Notes: generated by a model from the letters alone, not told the origin. Positions 41,020 to 51,585 are shown, numbered from the stretch's first letter. The stretch: 64,000 nt of DNA from a virus (IMGVR_UViG_3300031999_000001:136058-200057), one strand, 5' to 3'. Numbers and translations: made by a program.

Positions 41020-41080
41020 AATATTTATTATTAAATAATGTTATTCTTTGTAATATATTATCTTTGTAATATATTTTTAT

Positions 41081-41088
41081 ATAAATAC
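41081..41088 (-). promoter_or_regulatory. Putative late promoter GTATTTAT
   Basis: Upstream of tail tube gene. Confidence 0.6.
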
Positions 41089-41167
41089 TGTGTATTATAA
41101 AAAATATTAATAAAAAGAAACTAATTGATTATTTTACCATAAATAATAAATCTGGATATAAAACAAA

Positions 41168-41202
41168 AAAAAGCCACTAAAAATAAATTTAATGGCTTTT
41201 TT
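41168..41202 (-). terminator. Intrinsic terminator after sheath gene
   Basis: aaaaagcca-N-tggcttttt inverted repeat. Confidence 0.55.
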
Positions 41203-41213
41203 AAAAATTTTAA

Positions 41214-43940
41214 TTATGCACCAACATCGGCAAATGATGCACCAGTGGGTGTAATTGTAAATGTAATACCAATAAATTCAAGAGCACGTGTTGGTTTTAA
41301 GAATAATTCACCATACAATTCGTTTCTATCCATTGATTCTGTACTATTATTACTATCGTCCATTTTTATTCTGAACTCATATAAACCTCTTTCTCTTTTA
41401 ATACTATCAAGTATTGGAGTTGCTTTTTGTAAGAATTGGTCAATAGTTGTTTGATCGTTCTGGTCAAATACAAGTCTGATTGCAATATTTGCAATAAGTA
41501 CTTTAATCTGAAGTAATAATCTTCGAACATTGATTCTGTCAAGAGCACTTTCTTTAACCTGAAGTGTTTTTTGTCCGAATATTGCTGTTCCCGCATCTGC
41601 AAAATCAGCCATTGGGTTAATTCTTCCAGCATATAACACATCACGAGCATCTTGTGATAATTTATATTTTGATTTTCTTGCATCAGTTACACCACGTTGT
41701 AAACCAGCAGGTGCAAACCAAGGAAATTTTGTATTATCAGTAAATGCCATTGCTTTTACAACTTCACCAGTTGGTGGAAGATAAACATTTACATTATTCT
41801 GTGTATCTCTTATTTGAATCCAAGGAAAATATGTGCAAGAATAGCTGCTATCAATATCTGCTGTGTCAAGTAAATCAACAACATCCTCTGCATTAATAAC
41901 ATCAGTTTTTGCTTCACCAACAACCTGTGGCATTCCGATATCTGGAGAATCAATAATATATAATGTATCGGTTCTTTCTGTTTCAATCATTTCAATAGTA
42001 TCTTGAATTAAAATATTTTGGTCGCTCCAATTAATACCCGGAGTTGCAAAAAGATTAATTGTTATTTCTTCAGGATTTGCAAATGTATTAATTGCAGTTT
42101 CCCATGCTTGGAAATCATTTAATGGTGTAACATTAGGGGCAACACCGTCATAAATTCCGCCTTGACGATATGAATCACCATATGAACGTACAATTCTATG
42201 AACATCCCATCCATCAAAACCACCTGCAGGAACTAATGTGAACTTTCTTGAATTTAATTCATAATATGAATTTGTTGGGTCAGCAATATCACTAACTGTT
42301 TGGAATCGACTCTCACCAACTTCAAATTGAAATCCATTATATGTTCCAGTTGCACCAGAATCCATATGAAATCCTTTTGTATTAACAAAACCACCATACC
42401 CAATAAAATTAAAGAAGTTTTGATTAACGCCACTTCCAAGTAAGGTACTGTCAGCACTATTATATCCCTTTTCAGAAATACCCAAATATACTTTTCTAAT
42501 TTTTTCTGTTGATGTATAACTTGTTTTATAGAAAATTTTTGGTGCAACACCAGTAAATCCACTATACTGATTAAATAAATATCCTTCAAAACCTGCAGGA
42601 AATACATCTGGTGCAAGTTCGGGCGCAAGTTCAATCATTATATATTTGCTTTGAAGATCATATTCACCATTAGTTGTGCCAATACGTTGTGCAATATAAC
42701 CAGTTGTGCCTTTTATCATATTACATCTTGAGAAAGTTTCTAATACTTTTACATTGTTATCAGTATCATTAAAATCACGAACCACAACATCAAATTCTAA
42801 TGATTCTGGATTAATATTAGCAATACTGATTTTAATTTCTTGATTTGCAGCATCACCATCAGAAATACTGATAAATTTAAACAATTTATCTACAGTACTA
42901 CCTTTTATTTGTGATACAACCCAAGGTGTTTCGGGTGTTCTAAATGCAACACCACCTGCTGCTGGTCTATAATCGGTGAATACATTGGTATTACAATTAA
43001 GCAATGTTGAATTAATACCATAACCAATACCATCAGCATCTAATTTTTTAATTAAATCTGGATAAACTGCCTGAACCCATATTTTATTGCTCTTATCTTT
43101 TGGTTCAAAACCAATTACATTTGGTAAGAAATTACTTGAATTTGGATTTAATGATGCGGTATATGTTTCTACTGATGTACCAGATAATGCAACCAATTTA
43201 AATTGTCCAAATAAATCACCACTACCAATAACCGTTGTATTTGCTGAAACAGGTAATGTGAGATTAGTTGTCCAGAATTCTGTATCAGGTGCTGCATTTA
43301 CAATATCAGATACAGTTGCTCTGCTTCTAACAACAGCAAGCACCATATTTTCATATTCAGTAAGTGAAGTACCCGTTAATACAGTTACAAGATCAGTAAC
43401 AGTACCGCCAGTAAGAGTTATTGTTGTTGCAGTAAATTCATGTAAATAACCTTCAAAATCAGTAGTATTTATTTTAGTATATCCACTAAATGCACTACCA
43501 GTATCACCAGTAATATATAGTGCAACACCTAAATACATACCATTAGTAAATGACACACCAGTATATATACTTGATGTTGATCTACCAGTTGTTGCTGGGT
43601 CAACACCAGCACTTAATGTAAGTGCCCATGCTGTTCCTGCTTCATATCCCGATAAACCCAATACTCTGGTCACCCATAATTGATTTGTTTCGTCTAAATA
43701 TGCATTTCCAACATAAGGTAATTGATATTGAAGTAAACCACTTGAAAATCTTTTTGCACTTTGTGCACCAAATCTTTGTGCAAATTGTGTTTTATCCTGA
43801 ACAAAAACAGGTTCAAATGCAGGACCTTTTAATGTTTCACCAACCAATCCTAAAGTTGTTATACCCACATTACGTGTTACAAAAGTTAAATCACGTTCTT
43901 TAAATTTCGCCCCCGGAGAGGTAAATACAAATTCTGCCAT
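41214..43940 (-). CDS. Contractile tail sheath protein (gp18-like)
   Basis: FTSPG...E.D, GET.KGPAFEP, WFAPAG..RG, LYAGRINP, GQKT, LDRINVRRLL, KPTRALEFI. Confidence 0.95.
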   Translation of the reverse strand: MAEFVFTSPGAKFKERDLTFVTRNVGITTLGLVGETLKGPAFEPVFVQDKTQFAQRFGAQSAKRFSSGLLQYQLPYVGNAYLDETNQLWVTRVLGLSGYEAGTAWALTLSAGVDPATTGRSTSSIYTGVSFTNGMYLGVALYITGDTGSAFSGYTKINTTDFEGYLHEFTATTITLTGGTVTDLVTVLTGTSLTEYENMVLAVVRSRATVSDIVNAAPDTEFWTTNLTLPVSANTTVIGSGDLFGQFKLVALSGTSVETYTASLNPNSSNFLPNVIGFEPKDKSNKIWVQAVYPDLIKKLDADGIGYGINSTLLNCNTNVFTDYRPAAGGVAFRTPETPWVVSQIKGSTVDKLFKFISISDGDAANQEIKISIANINPESLEFDVVVRDFNDTDNNVKVLETFSRCNMIKGTTGYIAQRIGTTNGEYDLQSKYIMIELAPELAPDVFPAGFEGYLFNQYSGFTGVAPKIFYKTSYTSTEKIRKVYLGISEKGYNSADSTLLGSGVNQNFFNFIGYGGFVNTKGFHMDSGATGTYNGFQFEVGESRFQTVSDIADPTNSYYELNSRKFTLVPAGGFDGWDVHRIVRSYGDSYRQGGIYDGVAPNVTPLNDFQAWETAINTFANPEEITINLFATPGINWSDQNILIQDTIEMIETERTDTLYIIDSPDIGMPQVVGEAKTDVINAEDVVDLLDTADIDSSYSCTYFPWIQIRDTQNNVNVYLPPTGEVVKAMAFTDNTKFPWFAPAGLQRGVTDARKSKYKLSQDARDVLYAGRINPMADFADAGTAIFGQKTLQVKESALDRINVRRLLLQIKVLIANIAIRLVFDQNDQTTIDQFLQKATPILDSIKRERGLYEFRIKMDDSNNSTESMDRNELYGELFLKPTRALEFIGITFTITPTGASFADVGA

Positions 43941-44004
43941 TTTAATTAATTATTAATGTTTTTATTTATTATTTTCTGCTATTAGCTTTCGCCACATTTT
44001 TTTA

Positions 44005-44012
44005 ATAAATAC
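44005..44012 (-). promoter_or_regulatory. Putative late promoter GTATTTAT
   Basis: Upstream of the sheath gene; divergent partner at 44221. Confidence 0.6.
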
Positions 44013-44220
44013 TAAAAAATAATGCAAAAGGTATTTCTTTTTAATTATTATCATACTGTATTTCTTGTTCATAAATTCAAATTTTTATCTTTTTTATTTT
44101 TTTTATCTCAGATTTTTAAGATTTTTTAATTTTTTACTTTAAATTCTCTCAAATTTTTATAAAAAAATATTTTACTTTTTTTGAAAATATTTTTTTATTG
44201 ATAAGGAATTCTTAATATTA

Positions 44221-44228
44221 GTATTTAT
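44221..44228 (+). promoter_or_regulatory. Putative late promoter GTATTTAT
   Basis: 17 nt before ATG 44245. Confidence 0.6.
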
Positions 44229-44244
44229 GAAAAAGATATTTTTT

Positions 44245-46371
44245 ATGAACAAATCACAACGAATTCGATTAGATGTTAATGCATTAAATGAAGATAAACA
44301 TATAAAAGTTCAACTTGAACAAAATGTTAATACTCTTGAATTTTTATCAATGAGTATTGATATAAAAGATGTGTATCAGGATTTTAATGCAGATTATGGT
44401 GTTTTGGTTGGAAGAGTTATTGCTAATGGTGGTATTGGTATTCCAAATGCCAAAATAAGCATATTTATACCACTTACAGACGAAGATACTGAAAACAGTG
44501 AAATATATAGCATTTATCCATATAAAACGCTAAGAGACAAGAATAATGAGGGAAAAAGATATAATTTATTACCACGAGTCGGAAAAAAAGACTTAATGAC
44601 AGGAATTATTTCACCAAAACAACCATTTGGTTCATTTCCAATTAAAGAAGAAATTGTAACAAATGAACCATTTTTAAATGTCTATAAAAAATATTATAAA
44701 TATACGGCATTAACCAATAATGCAGGTGATTATATGATTTTTGGTGTGCCAATTGGAACACAAACAGTTCATTTAAGTGTTGATATTACCGATATTGGTA
44801 AATATAGTATGACACCAGCAGCAATGGTTACAAATCTTGGATATTCTCCAAATTTATTTACCGATAATAACACAAAAATAAAGCCAAGTAATGATTTGAA
44901 TGATTTACCACATATTGAAACACAAGAAATTAGTGTTGATATTATGCCATTCTGGGGAGATACCGAAAATTTCACAATTGGTATAACACGTCAGGATTTT
45001 AGAATTAGGTCTGTTCTCACCAACACATTTGTGCTTTTTGGAAGCGTGTTTACTGATGGTAACAATACCATGTGGAGTGCTGAGTATACAACTGAAGAGA
45101 GAATCAGCGAGTATTTCAGAGCCAGCCATCCATCACAGACATTGCATGGGGTCTACAATAAACGGATTGGAATAGTTACAGAAAAAATTTATTATTATCC
45201 AGCAAATATTAGTGATACTGAAATCGATACGGGTCAGGCTAAAAATGATGGTAGTGATATGAAACTTCTGGATAAAAGCGAGTATTCTGTATATAAACGT
45301 GATGGTGATTTCGTGGTTATTGTTAGTTGTAATAGAAATAAAATCATTACCAATGAATTGGGAAACCCCGTACCTGTGGATAATAATAGTGTTGAGGGAA
45401 TATTTACAAAATTCAGGGGATTTATAACATTAGAACTCAGTAAAGAAATTGTTTCATTAGATTTTAGCACAAATGTAGGTCAGAATGTTGATATTGTACC
45501 ACTAAGATATAAACTAAAATTTCCACAATACGCCAATCAAAATCAGGGATTTGAGCCACCTGATGAATCAAGTGGTGTTGACTCCACCAGAACCAATAAT
45601 TGGAGAAAACAACATAAGGTTTTTGAAGGTGGAAAATATTATAGTGTTGCTAAGTTTCACGGAATTACTTTCAATAATTGGGGAGGTAATGATAACCAGC
45701 AAACTGATAGTAATGGATTTTTTATAAAGGACACACATAATAATCTCACTTGTGATGATCGTAATAATAATGTTGGTATTTTAGTAACAGAAACTGATGG
45801 GATTTATCCCAATGGCAATTATCAGTTTCCAAGTAATGGTGTAACAACAGGTTCGTTAAATGCGTTTGGTGCTGCATGGTTAAATCTAACAGTTCATCTT
45901 CCACAAGTGGGAAAGTCAATAGATGGTTGGGAAAAAATGGATTATGTAAGAACGAATGACAACTTCAGTCATCAAAAAAGAGAAAATGATAACAGATATA
46001 ATTATTTAAACGGTTATTATGTGGGGGATAATCAACAAATAATTGCTGCACAGCAATTTAATACAAAATGGTTTGCTCGTTCTGATGTACATTGGACTGA
46101 TATTATTGAAGTTCCAGTCACAGATATAATTGCAATGAAAGCTCTTGATACAAAAGGATTCACAAACTCAAATATACCAACAGTAACAGGTATTGAATAT
46201 CGTAATGGTGACTATAAACCTTCAAATTGGACAGTAACTGTAGCAGCACCATTAAATGGTCAGAAGAAGAATGGTATTCCTACTGCTAATAGTGATGCAA
46301 CTAAATATTTTTACAAGGGATGGGGTCCGTCCGATTGTATTAAATATTTGGAAGAACTCGGAATAATATAA
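44245..46371 (+). CDS. Probable virion structural protein (N-terminal carboxypeptidase-regulatory/Ig-like domain)
   Basis: YGVLVGRVIAN.G.GIPNAKISIF, TNNAGDYMIFGVP.G; late promoter; likely start MNKSQR. Confidence 0.6.
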   Translation: MNKSQRIRLDVNALNEDKHIKVQLEQNVNTLEFLSMSIDIKDVYQDFNADYGVLVGRVIANGGIGIPNAKISIFIPLTDEDTENSEIYSIYPYKTLRDKNNEGKRYNLLPRVGKKDLMTGIISPKQPFGSFPIKEEIVTNEPFLNVYKKYYKYTALTNNAGDYMIFGVPIGTQTVHLSVDITDIGKYSMTPAAMVTNLGYSPNLFTDNNTKIKPSNDLNDLPHIETQEISVDIMPFWGDTENFTIGITRQDFRIRSVLTNTFVLFGSVFTDGNNTMWSAEYTTEERISEYFRASHPSQTLHGVYNKRIGIVTEKIYYYPANISDTEIDTGQAKNDGSDMKLLDKSEYSVYKRDGDFVVIVSCNRNKIITNELGNPVPVDNNSVEGIFTKFRGFITLELSKEIVSLDFSTNVGQNVDIVPLRYKLKFPQYANQNQGFEPPDESSGVDSTRTNNWRKQHKVFEGGKYYSVAKFHGITFNNWGGNDNQQTDSNGFFIKDTHNNLTCDDRNNNVGILVTETDGIYPNGNYQFPSNGVTTGSLNAFGAAWLNLTVHLPQVGKSIDGWEKMDYVRTNDNFSHQKRENDNRYNYLNGYYVGDNQQIIAAQQFNTKWFARSDVHWTDIIEVPVTDIIAMKALDTKGFTNSNIPTVTGIEYRNGDYKPSNWTVTVAAPLNGQKKNGIPTANSDATKYFYKGWGPSDCIKYLEELGII

Positions 46372-46376
46372 AAAAA

Positions 46377-46399
46377 AACCCTCTCGATTTGAGAGGGTT
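46377..46399. terminator. Bidirectional intrinsic terminator
   Basis: aaccctctc-gattt-gagagggtt between convergent genes, with A/T-rich flanks. Confidence 0.75.
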
Positions 46400-46403
46400 A
46401 GTT

Positions 46404-46877
46404 TTATTTTTGTAGAGTATAAACCCCATTATCAGGCAGGTAAACACCCCCCATGTTTGCATCAGTTAATTTCAATACGAGTATTTTATTTGCCCTGTCA
46501 AAACTCTCCACATCAAACTTACACACAAAAATTCCACCATTCTTCAATACAAGTTTCCCAGCATTCCTATCATAATCCACCGTATTACCATATGTTTCTA
46601 ATGATGTACACTCACTATCCAATGTCCATTCAGAACCAATATTGAGTGATATGAGCATTAAATCACCAGCCAAGACATCACCATTGGTGGAAACTGAAAG
46701 TTCGGAACACTCATAATACGTTTTATCGTAATCATATTGTGTGGAAATCCATATACCCTGTAGTTCATCAAGAGTAATTGCTCCATCAGTAACAATAGGG
46801 TCATCATCTTTTTCACAATTGGTGCTTATAAGAACCATTGCAAACATTAGTGCGAATAAATAAATTACTTTTTTCAT
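46404..46877 (-). CDS. Bacteroidota-type surface lipoprotein (lipocalin-like)
   Basis: MKK + hydrophobic core + STNC lipobox, then EKDDD; L.G.W lipocalin-like motif. Confidence 0.75.
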   Translation of the reverse strand: MKKVIYLFALMFAMVLISTNCEKDDDPIVTDGAITLDELQGIWISTQYDYDKTYYECSELSVSTNGDVLAGDLMLISLNIGSEWTLDSECTSLETYGNTVDYDRNAGKLVLKNGGIFVCKFDVESFDRANKILVLKLTDANMGGVYLPDNGVYTLQK

Positions 46878-46958
46878 TTTTTCTATTTTTTAGTTAAACA
46901 TATCTTATTATACGAATTAAATTTAAAAATGTTACAAAAAACATAAAATATTTTTAAG

Positions 46959-46966
46959 GTATTTAT
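46959..46966 (+). promoter_or_regulatory. Putative late promoter GTATTTAT
   Basis: 16 nt before GTG 46982. Confidence 0.6.
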
Positions 46967-46981
46967 AGTAAACAACAAAAA

Positions 46982-48145
46982 GTGGAAATATTACTCAATA
47001 GTCTTAAAAATATTAATTCTGTTAATACTGATATGTTTGAAAAAGTTGAATTACTTAATGAACCAGCATTAATTAATGAGTATGATATTCGTAATGTGCT
47101 TAGTGTCACCGAAATATTTGATGCAGAAAGAGAAGCAAATGAAATTTATAGAATTTATGGTAAAATTGAATATATATCATTATTAAATGGATTAAAATCA
47201 CAATATATTCAATTTGAAGACTTTTTTTCACCACAAACAACAGGAAATTATAAAAACATATTAAATTCTTTTGATTTTTATTTAGTTAAGGCAGGAACAG
47301 GATATACACAAATTATTAGTGGTGGTAGTACCATATTATGGACAAGATATTTTGAAGTAATTGCAACTCCAAGTGAATTTGATATCTATCCTATTGGATT
47401 TTCAAACAATGTTTATGGAGAACAAGCATATGGATTTAATTTTAATATTGATATTAATGTTGCAAATTTTCTTGATAATTTTAGATTTCCAGCAACTGAA
47501 TTATTTTTATATGCACAATATAAACCAACAACAATTCCAAATCCGATTGAAATACTTTCTGGCACAATATGGTCACCAACAGGAAATGATACCCAATTTC
47601 CATTTGAACCAATATATTTAAATATAGGTGATTATGTTAAATCATTTTTTGATGTAAAAATTGGTGATTTAATTGAATATTCTAAATCAAATTTTTTACA
47701 AATACAACACACACCACAAACATTTCGCATACAAACACCATATAATGAAGGTCGTTTGATATGGAAATATAATCCATTTATTCCATTTAGACTTAGATAT
47801 TTCGCAAATGAATTAAATAAAGAAAATATTAGTGGTACATCATACGAACAAACATCTTCAATACCATATTATGCAACAGAATATCCCCTTGGTACTGGAA
47901 ACTATGTTTGGAGAAACATTTTATCACAGGGATATATTGACCCATTAACTGGTATTGGTGTTGATTATCCGTTTATTAATAAAAGAAGATATTTATTTTC
48001 AAATATAGTTTTTGATGTAATTCCAGATTTAAATGATAATCAAACACTTGAAGCATTTAAAGAAATATGGTTTAGTCGATATTCAACAAAAATAAATGTT
48101 ACGCCAATGGGTGATATTAATAACATAGGAAAACCATGTCAATAA
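46982..48145 (+). CDS. Probable virion structural protein
   Basis: Late promoter; FD.ER..YR.YGKI, YVWRNIL..G.ID...GVDYPF. Confidence 0.6.
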   Translation: MEILLNSLKNINSVNTDMFEKVELLNEPALINEYDIRNVLSVTEIFDAEREANEIYRIYGKIEYISLLNGLKSQYIQFEDFFSPQTTGNYKNILNSFDFYLVKAGTGYTQIISGGSTILWTRYFEVIATPSEFDIYPIGFSNNVYGEQAYGFNFNIDINVANFLDNFRFPATELFLYAQYKPTTIPNPIEILSGTIWSPTGNDTQFPFEPIYLNIGDYVKSFFDVKIGDLIEYSKSNFLQIQHTPQTFRIQTPYNEGRLIWKYNPFIPFRLRYFANELNKENISGTSYEQTSSIPYYATEYPLGTGNYVWRNILSQGYIDPLTGIGVDYPFINKRRYLFSNIVFDVIPDLNDNQTLEAFKEIWFSRYSTKINVTPMGDINNIGKPCQ

Positions 48146-48972
48146 TTAAAGAAAGGGTAAGATTTAATAGCAATTTAATTGGAATTAGTGGTAATACAAA
48201 TATTATTACTGGTAATACAATAAATTTCAAATTTTCTTTGGGATTAAAAGATAATTTTATTGGATATCAGCAAGAAATTGATAGTTTAACATCATTTACT
48301 ACAATTGATTTGGTAAATCCTGTTGTTGATGAAGAAAAAAGAAAATTTAAATTAAATCCATTACCTGATTCAACAATAACACTTCAATTTAAATTTTATA
48401 GCGGAACATCATCTCCCCCATATCAAACTTCATTTAAAAATGCGGGTTTTACTGATAATGAAATTAATCAAAATAATTTTAATTTACTTAATAGTTTTTT
48501 TATTTTGGATTTTTATAATACATATGATATTAATACACAAATAAAAATATTTACAACATATTTAACGAAAAAAGGAGCAACACCCATATATTCAATTAAT
48601 GCAAATATTAATAATCAATTATATTATTGGTATGTTCCAATATCATATATGACAGGTACAACTGCTATTGGTTATGTTAAATTTAGTTTTTTTAATGCAA
48701 AAACTGGAAAATTAACATTATTTTATAATGAAAACAATATTACACCAGAAACCGCAGAAAAATTATTTTTCAAAGTTGAATTAAATCAGGTTAATAAAAC
48801 TTGGAAGTTTTTAACTTCACAATATCCAATAATAAATGCAAAAGAATTTATTAATAGTACTCAATACATTAATAGAATTAATAATACTTATGATAAATTT
48901 GATAATTTAAGTCAAACATATCCAACGGGAAATACATTTAATTATTTAGAAGGTAATTATTTTACAACATAA
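48136..48972 (+). CDS. Probable virion structural protein
   Basis: NSFFILDFY, YVKFSFFNAKTG; coupled to the previous gene. Confidence 0.6.
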   Translation: MSIIKERVRFNSNLIGISGNTNIITGNTINFKFSLGLKDNFIGYQQEIDSLTSFTTIDLVNPVVDEEKRKFKLNPLPDSTITLQFKFYSGTSSPPYQTSFKNAGFTDNEINQNNFNLLNSFFILDFYNTYDINTQIKIFTTYLTKKGATPIYSINANINNQLYYWYVPISYMTGTTAIGYVKFSFFNAKTGKLTLFYNENNITPETAEKLFFKVELNQVNKTWKFLTSQYPIINAKEFINSTQYINRINNTYDKFDNLSQTYPTGNTFNYLEGNYFTT

Positions 48973-49721
48973 CCAATTCTTGGTCTTCTTGTGGTTTTAA
49001 CAATTTCAAATTCTTTTTCATCTTGAATAAAACCAAGAATTTTTAAAGCATATTTTGATACAAAAAATCTATCACCATCAATATTTTCAATTGGATTTGC
49101 TTCAGCAAATCCTTCAAAAAGTAATGGAAGTGGATTTCCTTTAATAACAATATATTCCTGACGTGATGCAAAATTTTTAAGCACTTGCTCATCATAAAGA
49201 TTAACATCAACTCTATATTTGGTAAATAAAGCAACTTCATATATCAAATCAACATTTGTTGGTTCTGGCATTCTAAATTGAAGATATATTACTTCACCAT
49301 TATCCAATATCGGAACATTCATATATCTGAACTTACGTGGTTGTGGAATACGATATTTAGTACCAAGTCTTGTACCAATCCGTTTATCAATACGTCTGAC
49401 TGTAATATATGGTGTTGGAACGTTTTTATCATTATCCATAAATTTCCAAGTCTTACTGAATTCACCCCATCTGTCATTGTCCAAATAGAATGTTGGAACA
49501 ATTTTATTATCAATTATAGCTTTCATGCCATCACGATTTACATAATTAAAAACTGCTTGGTCTAAATCCTCAAGTAAGATTGTTCTTGGAAGATATTTGG
49601 TTTTTGAATCAGTTAAACGCATTAATTCTTCAATCCTATCCAAACCATATTTAAGATATTCAGTACCAATTTTAGGTGGATTAGTATCAAGTGTTAGTTT
49701 TGTTTTCTTTGGAAATGACAT
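48957..49721 (-). CDS. Tail completion/terminator-like protein (gp15-like)
   Basis: LP....EDLD, DRW, PYITVRR, P..VDL.YEV; late promoter at 49736-43. Confidence 0.55.
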   Translation of the reverse strand: MSFPKKTKLTLDTNPPKIGTEYLKYGLDRIEELMRLTDSKTKYLPRTILLEDLDQAVFNYVNRDGMKAIIDNKIVPTFYLDNDRWGEFSKTWKFMDNDKNVPTPYITVRRIDKRIGTRLGTKYRIPQPRKFRYMNVPILDNGEVIYLQFRMPEPTNVDLIYEVALFTKYRVDVNLYDEQVLKNFASRQEYIVIKGNPLPLLFEGFAEANPIENIDGDRFFVSKYALKILGFIQDEKEFEIVKTTRRPRIGYVVK

Positions 49722-49735
49722 TTGAACTTTTTTAT

Positions 49736-49784
49736 ATAAATACTTATGTGTTATTTATATTTACTATAAATGATGTGTATTTAT
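49736..49784. promoter_or_regulatory. Divergent pair of GTATTTAT motifs
   Basis: - strand 49736-43 and + strand 49777-84. Confidence 0.55.
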
Positions 49785-49831
49785 TTGGTAAAGATTGTTT
49801 AATACCTCTAAGAATATTGTTATATTATTAA

Positions 49832-50170
49832 ATGATAATAGTAAGACCCAAAATATTAAAATTTTTATCTGATGATAATGTAATTAGAGCAATAGCTATA
49901 TTTCCCTTTATAATATTAGCTACGGAAAGTGATCGTAATTGCTTATGGTTGATTAACCATGAATCAATACATCTCAGACAACAAATTGAATTATTAATAA
50001 TACCGTTTTATATTTGGTATTTTTTGGAAAATATTATCCGACAAATTATTTATAAAGATAAGGTAAAAGCATATAGAAATATAAGTTTTGAAAAAGAAGC
50101 TAACTATAATGAGCATAATTTATCTTATTTAAAAAAAAGAAAACTATTTTCATTCATAAAATATTATTAA
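49832..50170 (+). CDS. Small membrane-associated HEXXH protein
   Basis: INHESIHLRQQ, AYRNISFEKEA. Confidence 0.7.
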   Translation: MIIVRPKILKFLSDDNVIRAIAIFPFIILATESDRNCLWLINHESIHLRQQIELLIIPFYIWYFLENIIRQIIYKDKVKAYRNISFEKEANYNEHNLSYLKKRKLFSFIKYY

Positions 50171-50186
50171 TAAAATTTAAAATTTC

Positions 50187-50217
50187 TTTGAATTTAATAT
50201 TAAATTTATTAGATTTG
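50187..50217 (+). promoter_or_regulatory. Bacteroidota-type promoter
   Basis: TTTG-19nt-TAGATTTG upstream of 50235. Confidence 0.65.
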
Positions 50218-50234
50218 TCAATCAAATCATTAAA

Positions 50235-50600
50235 ATGTTAATTGAACGCAAAGAAATTTTAAATGAAGATAGTAGTATTGGGTATATAGAATCAGTATTT
50301 GAATCAGATAATGTTCTTAAATCCACATATTTTCCCAACAATCAAAGACTTTACATAGCATTTAGTCGTGGTGATACATATTCATATGGTAATGTTGATT
50401 TAGAAACATATGAAGAATTTGAAAATGCCGAATCACAAGGTAAATTTTTTTATAAACATTTCAATAAAAATAAAAAATACCCGTATCGTAAAGAATTCAC
50501 TTTATATCCTAATGAAGTAATAGAATTAAAAGAAATTGTAGAAACAAAAAAATTATCTCAATTTGAGAAAGATCAAATAACAAAAGAGGAATATGAATAA
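50235..50600 (+). CDS. KTSC domain protein
   Basis: SDNV....Y.....LYIAF..G.TYSY.NV....Y..F..AESQGKFF. Confidence 0.8.
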   Translation: MLIERKEILNEDSSIGYIESVFESDNVLKSTYFPNNQRLYIAFSRGDTYSYGNVDLETYEEFENAESQGKFFYKHFNKNKKYPYRKEFTLYPNEVIELKEIVETKKLSQFEKDQITKEEYE

Positions 50601-51132
50601 CGAAGAAAATAAAAATTTGGAATTGGAATCATCTGTATATGACCCAAACACAATTACATTTTCATTTAACAATCCACCAGAAGAAATATTAAGAATTAAC
50701 AAAGAAGGTTTTTTTTGGAAGGGTAAATTAATTGAAGAAGATAAAGAAATTTATTTAAGATTTAAAGAATGGCTTGATAAAGCACATGCTTTAGAAGTAA
50801 AATCTGAACCAGAAAATTTAAATAATATTAAGGAAGATAAAAATGTAATTGAATTACTTAAAGAAGCATTAAAATTTTATGCAGATGAAAATAATTATGT
50901 TGATAATCATAGTGTACATTATGAATTATTTTCACTTATTGAAATGGATAAAGGTTCACAAGCCAGATTTGCACTTAAAATAACAAAGGAATTATCTGAA
51001 AGAAATCAAAAAATAGAAGAAGATTTTGTAAAAAATCTAAAAACCTCAATTGTAAATTATGAAACTCCTGAATATATGTTAAAAATAATTGAAGAATTTA
51101 GAAAAATAAACATTAATGATAAAAACATTTAA
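50593..51132 (+). CDS. Hypothetical protein
   Basis: 179 aa; LKEALKFYAD. Confidence 0.6.
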   Translation: MNNEENKNLELESSVYDPNTITFSFNNPPEEILRINKEGFFWKGKLIEEDKEIYLRFKEWLDKAHALEVKSEPENLNNIKEDKNVIELLKEALKFYADENNYVDNHSVHYELFSLIEMDKGSQARFALKITKELSERNQKIEEDFVKNLKTSIVNYETPEYMLKIIEEFRKININDKNI

Positions 51133-51490
51133 TGAATATCAAAAAGAAGCAAATTTTTTGAAAATATCTATGGATAAATTCATGGAATTACATCCCCATA
51201 CACCTGATGATGTGAAATTATTACTTGCACTTACTTATGATGGTTTGGGTATGGGTGAAGCTGGTGAAGTACAGGGTAAAATAAAAAAAGTAATTAGGGA
51301 TAATGGTGGTATTATTACCAAAGAACATATTGAAGCGATAAAAGGTGAATTATCAGATATTTTGTGGTATATTGCATCAATGTGTGATACACTCGGTATT
51401 AAAATGGAAGATATTGCAACATATAATATTAATAAATTAAAATCTCGTAAAAACAGAGGTGTGTTAAGTGGAAATGGAGACAATAGATAA
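51116..51490 (+). CDS. MazG-like nucleotide pyrophosphohydrolase
   Basis: FNEYQ, GEAGEV..KIKK, ELSDILWY, N..KL.SR..RG.L.G.GDNR. Confidence 0.9.
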   Translation: MIKTFNEYQKEANFLKISMDKFMELHPHTPDDVKLLLALTYDGLGMGEAGEVQGKIKKVIRDNGGIITKEHIEAIKGELSDILWYIASMCDTLGIKMEDIATYNINKLKSRKNRGVLSGNGDNR

Positions 51491-51585
51491 TTGGAGATTT
51501 TTTGGGGCACTTTCAAATCTTCAACCATTAGAAGCAAAAGAAAATTTATATAAAAATAATAGATATAAAAATTAAAATCAAAATT

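Noticed and set aside
41045-41075. 15-bp tandem duplication tctttgtaatatatt upstream of the tail tube gene
   Set aside because: Only two copies in AT-rich DNA; probably a slippage duplication with no supportable function
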